64,000 bases of DNA, from assembly GCA_964549615.1 (NCBI GenBank), contig CAZJVP010000099.1, positions 88,004 through 152,003 on the forward strand, given 5' to 3'. The DNA is from an uncultured Thermococci archaeon. Lineage in GTDB: Archaea; CAYQAE01; CAYVLA01. Position numbers and translations under genes: made by a program. Under the pieces are notes generated by a model. The model was not told the origin of the DNA and did not search any database. It saw only the letters and a program-made list of their open reading frames with translations. Shown piece by piece: positions 58,279 to 64,000 of the stretch; position 1 is the stretch's first letter, and each line of letters opens with the position of its first letter.

Positions 58279-60546
58279 TCACAGGTCCAGTATGCGCTTG
58301 ACCCTGACCTCCTCCGCGAAGATGCCGTGACACGCCTTCTCTTGGAACTGCGTGACTATGTCCTCGGCCCCAAAGGACTGGGTCAGAAGGTCCATGTTCG
58401 TCTTGAACTTCGAGTAGGCCGTCTCGAAGTCCGTGAGCTCCTGATAGAAGTCGAAGAGCTTCGTGATGTAGAGGCAGAAGAGCGAGACCGCCGCCGGGAT
58501 GACCTTCTGGGGCGGTATGTCCCTCAGCCTCTTGCGGAGCTCGTCGGTCAGTATCTTGCCCTCATCCGCCACAACGAGCCTCGGCACGCTGGCATAGTCG
58601 GCCGCGACCTCGTCCATGCGCTGCTGTATCTTCTCCACGGGCACTCCCATGGAGTCCTTGATCTCATGCACTATGGACTCCGCGAGCCCTACCCCGATCG
58701 CGATGGCCTTCTCCTCCTCGGACATGAAGTCAAACCTTCCGGAGTCGCACAGGCTTCGGAACTTGGCCTCCTGCTTTCGCCTCTCGATGGCTTTCCTTAT
58801 CTCGTAGGGCAGGAACGGAAGCTTCTGTGAGTTCAAGTACTGGATGAACTCCTCGACGTCGCTCTCGGTCGGGTTCGGGAACCGCTCCAGGAACTGCCCG
58901 ACGAGGAAGTTCAGCCTCTTGGCGTTGAGCGCCTGGACCTTCTCCCTTGCCTTCTCCTCCAGCCCCTGGGCCATCTCCTCGGCCCGCGACAGCTCCTCCT
59001 CCACGTCCTGGTTCTTGGCAAGAAGCCTCTCGATCTTGGAGACGGACAGTGCGAGCTGGGACGCGCCATCTACGTCGAGTGACGAAAACGACTTCAGCTT
59101 CGACTTCAGGCTGGCCAGCCTCTCCCCCCTTCGCCTCTCAAGATTCGCCCTGAACCTGCCCATCAGCAACGCGCTTCTGACTTCCTCAAGGTCCTGCGCT
59201 ATGTCCCTCATGCCCTGCTCCCTCTCGGCCTTAAGCAGCTTCTGGAGGGCCTCGGTGGGATCTCCCCCTGCCTCCCTGAGTTCCTGGGCCTCCCTCCTGA
59301 GCGCGTCGATGGCCTGGATCATCGTCCGGTAGACGCCCGTGTTCCGTAGATCCGACCTCATGCCGGAGTTCATGATCTGCCCTTGCCTAGAGCCATAGTG
59401 GGACCCCACGCACACGATGCGGTCATCATTCGATGCGTAGATGAACTCGGCCTCGCCGTTGACGTCCACATCCGCGATGGCGGATCCGACCCCGACGTTG
59501 CCCTGCGTGCCCACGCTCTTCTCCACCTCGCCGCCGGGCCCGAAGATCGAGACTTCATCTCCCTTGCTGAACGCCACTACCTCAAGCCCGCCGTCGTGGT
59601 CCACATCGGTCGGTATTGGCGACCAGAAGCCTTGTCCCTTCACGACCTTCTCCCACATGATGTTTCCTTCAGCGTCCAAGCAGGCCAGCTTCCCGTCGGT
59701 ACCGATCTCCTGGCTCACGTACACCAAGATCTCCATCCTGCCGTCGCCGTCCACATCGGCCAGCGCAGGCGGGGACCGGATCGCCGTCCCGACTACCCTA
59801 CTCCACAGCCCACCTCCGTCGGAGCCAACCATGTAGACGCAGCCGTTGTCCGAACACGCCACTATCTCGATTCGCCCATCCCCATTTGCATCCCCCGCCG
59901 CAACGGAGGCGTTGAAGCTTGGAGCCTCGAAATCCCTCTTCAGCCTCAGCGACCCATCGGGGTTGAAGATCAGGATGTGGCCGGACGCCGACCCCGTTAC
60001 TATCTCCATCTTCCCATCCCCGTCAAGGTCAACCAAGCAGGGAGCCGACTGGACCAAGGCCCGGCTGCGGCTTCCCCTGTGGCTTGACTGCCAGATGAGC
60101 TCGCCCGTCCTTCCGTCCATGGCGTACACGCTGGAGTCCTGGCCGGTCACCACGATCTCCAGGAGACCGTCGCAATCGATGTCCGCGATGGCCGGGGCCG
60201 ACCTTACCGGCCCCTCGCACCTCGTCTCCCATACGACCCTGCCGTCAACGCCGTTCAGGGCGTAGACGTTGGAATCATCCGAGCCAGCCACAACTTCCAT
60301 GACGCCGTCGCCGTTGATGTCGCAGGCAACGGGGGAGGACCTTACAGGGCCATCGGTCTCAAAGCTCCATGCCACAACGCCGTCGCTGCCCCTGAGGGCA
60401 TAGATGTGCTGATCGTCTGACCCGAATACCACCTCAAGCAGCCCGTCGCCGTTGACATCGGCAACGGCGGGGAAGGTGTGAATCCTCCCCCTGGCTTGGA
60501 AGCTCCACCTAGTATTTCGGAGCATGCCCGATGAGAAAAGTTTCAT
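58279..60546 (-). CDS. FG-GAP/PQQ-like beta-propeller + coiled coil + helical C-terminal domain, no signal peptide
   Basis: About 8 repeats of P(A/V)xxD(V/I/L)(N/D)GDGxxE(V/I)V with GS.D..YAL.G..G...W, followed by heptad-rich and helical regions. Confidence 0.82.
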   Translation of the reverse strand: MKLFSSGMLRNTRWSFQARGRIHTFPAVADVNGDGLLEVVFGSDDQHIYALRGSDGVVAWSFETDGPVRSSPVACDINGDGVMEVVAGSDDSNVYALNGVDGRVVWETRCEGPVRSAPAIADIDCDGLLEIVVTGQDSSVYAMDGRTGELIWQSSHRGSRSRALVQSAPCLVDLDGDGKMEIVTGSASGHILIFNPDGSLRLKRDFEAPSFNASVAAGDANGDGRIEIVACSDNGCVYMVGSDGGGLWSRVVGTAIRSPPALADVDGDGRMEILVYVSQEIGTDGKLACLDAEGNIMWEKVVKGQGFWSPIPTDVDHDGGLEVVAFSKGDEVSIFGPGGEVEKSVGTQGNVGVGSAIADVDVNGEAEFIYASNDDRIVCVGSHYGSRQGQIMNSGMRSDLRNTGVYRTMIQAIDALRREAQELREAGGDPTEALQKLLKAEREQGMRDIAQDLEEVRSALLMGRFRANLERRRGERLASLKSKLKSFSSLDVDGASQLALSVSKIERLLAKNQDVEEELSRAEEMAQGLEEKAREKVQALNAKRLNFLVGQFLERFPNPTESDVEEFIQYLNSQKLPFLPYEIRKAIERRKQEAKFRSLCDSGRFDFMSEEEKAIAIGVGLAESIVHEIKDSMGVPVEKIQQRMDEVAADYASVPRLVVADEGKILTDELRKRLRDIPPQKVIPAAVSLFCLYITKLFDFYQELTDFETAYSKFKTNMDLLTQSFGAEDIVTQFQEKACHGIFAEEVRVKRILDL

Positions 60547-60555
60547 CTTTTCACC

Positions 60556-61044
60556 TCACGCATACAACTCGACGGTCACGTTCAACTTCCGATCCTGCGT
60601 CTTGGTGATCGTCACGCGATTGGACCCGGGACCGATGAACACCCGCCTGAGGAGGGGAAGGGCCAATCGCTTCCTCAGCATCGCCCCCTTGGCCGTGTAG
60701 GAGAAATCCATGCCCTGCACCTCCATCTCCACCTTCTTCCGCACATCCACATAGGAGACTATGCTCGGCGGGTTGTTGACGAGCTCCAATCCCCCGCGGT
60801 TGATGCCGAGCTCAATCGACCTCCTGGACCCGGGAGGCTCCTCCTGCACCTTTAAGATCTCGTTGTAGAGGGTCATGATTAGGGCCTCGGCCTCCTTGAT
60901 CCGATTCTGGGAGCTGTACTGGTCCATCACGGGGACAACTATTGAGAGGGCCAGCGAAAGGACCGCAAGGCTGACCATCAAGAGCAGTAGCTGGGCAACG
61001 ACCTGATCAAGACCCCTGCGATCGAGGAAGATCATCGCCCTCAT
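60556..61044 (-). CDS. Archaeal type IV pilin-like protein
   Basis: Class III leader DRRG|LDQVVAQLLLLMVSLAVL. Confidence 0.75.
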   Translation of the reverse strand: MRAMIFLDRRGLDQVVAQLLLLMVSLAVLSLALSIVVPVMDQYSSQNRIKEAEALIMTLYNEILKVQEEPPGSRRSIELGINRGGLELVNNPPSIVSYVDVRKKVEMEVQGMDFSYTAKGAMLRKRLALPLLRRVFIGPGSNRVTITKTQDRKLNVTVELYA

Positions 61045-61841
61045 CTAACCTCCATCCCTATCCTTGCGTAGCGGAAGGCCACGTGCTTCTCCCTCACCCT
61101 GTAGACCATGAAGGGTATCCCGTTCAGCTCGAAGCTGTCGCCTTCCTTCAGAACCTTGATCAGGGTGGTGTCCGCCTCATGGATTGCAACGGTGTCGAAA
61201 ACGTACTGCTCCCCCGGGTCCGAAAGGTACAGTATCCAGCTGTCCGCGGTGTCGCCGTCGCGGTTTATGTCGGTTCCGTAGGCCGATTCCTCCATCTTTG
61301 AGTAGTAGTAGTGCGACGAGCTCGTCCCCACCGTGCCGGGGATCGGACCGGTCTTGATCAGGGTCCAGTTCTCCACCCTGAAGATGGACTCCTTCTCGAA
61401 GCTGAGCTTCACCACGAAGCTCCCCGCCTTGATCTTGGTGTTCTTCGTCACGAGGTCCACGGGCAGGTTGGAGGTTATGGTGACGGTCTTGCGGTCCTTG
61501 GCGACCTCCAGGCTTGAGGTGCTCCCGGGATCGTAGCTCACCCTGGAGTCCCCAACGTAGACGAACTGGTCGGCCACCGGGTCAACGGTGAGGGTTCCCT
61601 TGGGTATTGTGATCGTGAATATGCGCGTCGCGTTCGGCCTCCAGTTCAAAAGCTCCCGGATATTCGTATCCAGAGCCCTCAGCGCGTTCCTGACAAGGGC
61701 CAGATTATTCCTGTCCTTCTCTTTCTCTATCTCGGGCGAGATCAGGGCGTAGGTCAGGATGCTCCCGCTGGTCACCACGAAGGCCAGAAGCAGGGCACCC
61801 GTTGCAACGTATATGGCCCTTCGATCGTCGCGCATCCTCAA
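61041..61841 (-). CDS. Archaeal type IV pilin-like protein
   Basis: Class III leader DDRRA|IYVATGALLLAFVV; internal DINRDGD Ca-binding-like loop. Confidence 0.7.
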   Translation of the reverse strand: MRMRDDRRAIYVATGALLLAFVVTSGSILTYALISPEIEKEKDRNNLALVRNALRALDTNIRELLNWRPNATRIFTITIPKGTLTVDPVADQFVYVGDSRVSYDPGSTSSLEVAKDRKTVTITSNLPVDLVTKNTKIKAGSFVVKLSFEKESIFRVENWTLIKTGPIPGTVGTSSSHYYYSKMEESAYGTDINRDGDTADSWILYLSDPGEQYVFDTVAIHEADTTLIKVLKEGDSFELNGIPFMVYRVREKHVAFRYARIGMEVR

Positions 61842-61845
61842 GTTC

Positions 61846-63741
61846 TCAGCCCCCCTCCTCAGGTTCGGGCGCCGGCAGCACCAACTCCAACATCCCGCTC
61901 CTGTTCTGCTTGTCGTAGACGACGAGGGTCACCCTCTCCCCTCCGGCCACAAGGTAGCCCGTCCGATATTCGAGTTTGTAGCCGCAGAGCAACTCGCCCG
62001 CGATCTGGTCGTAGGCCTCCTGGAGCTTCTCCGGGGTTGGGGCAAGGTAGAACCTTCCATGGGTCTGCTGGCTTATGGCGTTGAGGACCGCAACGTCAAC
62101 CCTGTCCTCCTCCCCCAGTCCGACGCAGTAGATGGGTATCCCCTCCAAGACCGCCAAATCCACCACCTCTTCCCACGTCCTGGTGCTGTAGGGCTGGCCT
62201 GTTGCGTAGTTGAGGTCCTTTCCGTCGGTTAGGGCGACCACGACCCGGTACTTGGACCTCTCCCTAACCCACAGCACCGACTGGTAGAGGGCGTCGTAGA
62301 GGGGAGTTCCGTCCCTAGTGACCAGGCTGTCCACAGTGGCTGCCAGGGCCGCCTTGCCAGCTGGATCGGTCGCCGTGAAATCGGCCCGGAGGACGATCTC
62401 CACAAGGCCGGTGTCGTAGTTGGTGGTGAAGCTGCAGATCGCGGCCTCATCCTCTGGGTACATGCGGTCGATGAAGCTTTTCACAGCGGGCTTCATGAAA
62501 TCCAGCCGGGACTCCTCGCCGGGCTTGGGAAGTTCGTCCTTCCACATGACCCACTCCATGGAGCCGGAGACATCGTTACAGAAGATCACGCTCAGGTCGG
62601 ACTTTCTGTCGGGCGGGCCCACATCGATGGGCCTGCTCACGGGCGTCCTCGTCGCGTTGGGGCTGGCCTGCGCATTGCCGGCGATGTCCGAGGCGACGGC
62701 CCAGAACGTGACGGTGCCGTTGTAGTTCTTGCTGTCCCATATGGTCTCCCTGGACCGCGTAAGATCGACAACTCCCTTAGCCTCCTGCGCGATCACGTAG
62801 CTCCTCGGATCCACCCGGCTCTCCGAGTCGACGGCCGACACCGAGAGCGCGAACCTGCCGCCCTGCAGGAACTCATCCCCGGAGTTGTAGATGTAGAAGT
62901 TGGAGACATCCAGCTCCCTCACCGGCATCCCCTTGTTATCGGACACGTGGATATAGATCTCAACCTTTTCCCCGGTAGTCCTGATCTGAGTGACGGACAC
63001 GATGAGTTCGCCGGTCATGATCTGGGAGATCTTGAGCTCGACCTGGGGCGGCGACCTGTCGATTACGAACCTGACGAAGTCCTCACCCTCGCCGTAGAGG
63101 CTCCTTCCGACCACCCTCAAGATGTGCTGGCCGTCCGCAAGGTACGTTGGGCCGGCGGATGGGTCTATCCGGAAGCCGTCAAGCGTGGTCGAGGAGTTGG
63201 CCACCATGGTGCCGTCAAGGTAGATCCTATGCTCGGTCGTGCTGCTGCTTGTGCGGTAGCTTACGTTGAAGGGCCCGTTGAAGACGGATCCGTCAAGGGG
63301 CTGTACGATCTCCGTCAGCGGCGGCGGATCGATGACCACCCTGCCGTCCCTTATCCCGATGCTGTGTGGCTGGATGTTGTCGATCGAGCCCTTGCTTATC
63401 ACGATCCCCCCGCTCCTGATCTTGTATCTTGACCGAGGCGTCTTGACTATGAGGTAGTTCCCGCTTGGATCAGATTCGATGGTATACTTTGCCGATCCCG
63501 CCAGCTCGGGCAGGGTCAATGGAACCTCGTCGGCCCCAACTCCCCAGGCCTCGGAGACCTTGGACCTTAAGTATGCCGATATTCCGTCAACCAATTCCCT
63601 CTCCTTGGCCAGGGAGTAGTTGTCGGAGGTCTTCTTCACCATGAAGGCTACCGACGAGAAGACAAGGGCCATGACCATGAGCATGAGGAGGTTCCCGGTC
63701 AGGACCTCGATGCTTCGTTTGGACCCAATGAAACCTCCCAT
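61846..63741 (-). CDS. Pilin-like protein with Ig domains and C-terminal vWA domain
   Basis: SKRS|IEVLTGNLLMLMVMALV leader; Big-type domains; MIDAS DVSGS, GTPLYDA, LTDG, IYCVGLG, THGRFY. Confidence 0.8.
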   Translation of the reverse strand: MGGFIGSKRSIEVLTGNLLMLMVMALVFSSVAFMVKKTSDNYSLAKERELVDGISAYLRSKVSEAWGVGADEVPLTLPELAGSAKYTIESDPSGNYLIVKTPRSRYKIRSGGIVISKGSIDNIQPHSIGIRDGRVVIDPPPLTEIVQPLDGSVFNGPFNVSYRTSSSTTEHRIYLDGTMVANSSTTLDGFRIDPSAGPTYLADGQHILRVVGRSLYGEGEDFVRFVIDRSPPQVELKISQIMTGELIVSVTQIRTTGEKVEIYIHVSDNKGMPVRELDVSNFYIYNSGDEFLQGGRFALSVSAVDSESRVDPRSYVIAQEAKGVVDLTRSRETIWDSKNYNGTVTFWAVASDIAGNAQASPNATRTPVSRPIDVGPPDRKSDLSVIFCNDVSGSMEWVMWKDELPKPGEESRLDFMKPAVKSFIDRMYPEDEAAICSFTTNYDTGLVEIVLRADFTATDPAGKAALAATVDSLVTRDGTPLYDALYQSVLWVRERSKYRVVVALTDGKDLNYATGQPYSTRTWEEVVDLAVLEGIPIYCVGLGEEDRVDVAVLNAISQQTHGRFYLAPTPEKLQEAYDQIAGELLCGYKLEYRTGYLVAGGERVTLVVYDKQNRSGMLELVLPAPEPEEGG

Positions 63742-63761
63742 CGCGGCCACGGCGCTCAACC

Positions 63762-64000
63762 TCAGTTCCCGATGTTGTCGATCTTCACCTGGATGCTCGC
63801 GGTCTTTGTGTTGCCGGAGCCGTCGTAGGCCACCGCCTCGATTGTGACCGTCTGGTCCTCGGGCAGGGTGCGGGTGTCGATGGTGAACTCCCAGTTGTTG
63901 CCTCCGACCATCGTTGCCAGGCCCTCGTAGACGCCCCGCACCCAGATCTGGACCTCCTTGAGGCCGGATCCACCAAGGTCGCTTGCCGTGCCCCTGATGG
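63762..64000 (-). CDS. Ig-like (Big) domain protein, C-terminal part (5' end outside window)
   Basis: Manual translation IRGTASDLGGSGLKEVQIWV...WEFTIDTRTL...EAVAYDGSGN...VKIDN*, ending 2 nt before TTG 63759. Confidence 0.8.
   Translation of the reverse strand, partial: IRGTASDLGGSGLKEVQIWVRGVYEGLATMVGGNNWEFTIDTRTLPEDQTVTIEAVAYDGSGNTKTASIQVKIDNIGN

Noticed and set aside
184-63976. Numerous long Arg/Pro/Ser-rich overlapping ORFs in the track (e.g. 43989..44966, 7673..8515, 56465..57226)
   Set aside because: Shadow ORFs of high-GC coding sequence overlapping well-supported genes.
1-64000. CRISPR array, rRNA/tRNA genes, integrase or intact IS
   Set aside because: No regularly spaced repeats, structural RNA signatures or recombinase motifs were seen by eye; a covariance-model scan could still find small RNAs.

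Overview
GC-rich, almost certainly archaeal window. Evidence: TATA/BRE-type promoters, FlaK/PibD-type prepilin peptidase, class III pilin leaders, MNT-HEPN pairs and many VapBC modules. Lineage cannot be fixed from the sequence alone. No rRNA, tRNA, CRISPR array or intact transposase was found. Three intermixed themes: (1) a large cell-envelope glycosylation/lipid-tailoring island (GT2, GT4, four GT-C-type membrane transferases, two Cys-less asparagine-synthase-like proteins, GNAT, methyltransferase, PIG-L deacetylase, B12-radical SAM, split PEP-utilising phosphotransferase, GGR-like reductase plus UbiA); (2) toxin-antitoxin modules and their decayed remnants, clustered at about 0.9-1.6, 14.2-17.0 and 33.1-39.8 kb; (3) a surface-structure region (45.9-64 kb) with Ig-rich secreted proteins and a type IV pilin-like operon that includes a vWA-bearing pilin. 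The most novel-looking signals are: three membrane proteins sharing an unannotated cytoplasmic DxEYxxxLx(R/K)LG(Y/F)xx(E/D)A motif, linked to a shared secreted DLDVNAVAG domain; a family of PEF-CTERM-like (V/I)P(E/V)+TM+basic sorting tails, one on a Tat-exported DUF362 protein; and the pilin/vWA/FG-GAP operon. All family assignments come from motif recognition by eye, not database searches.
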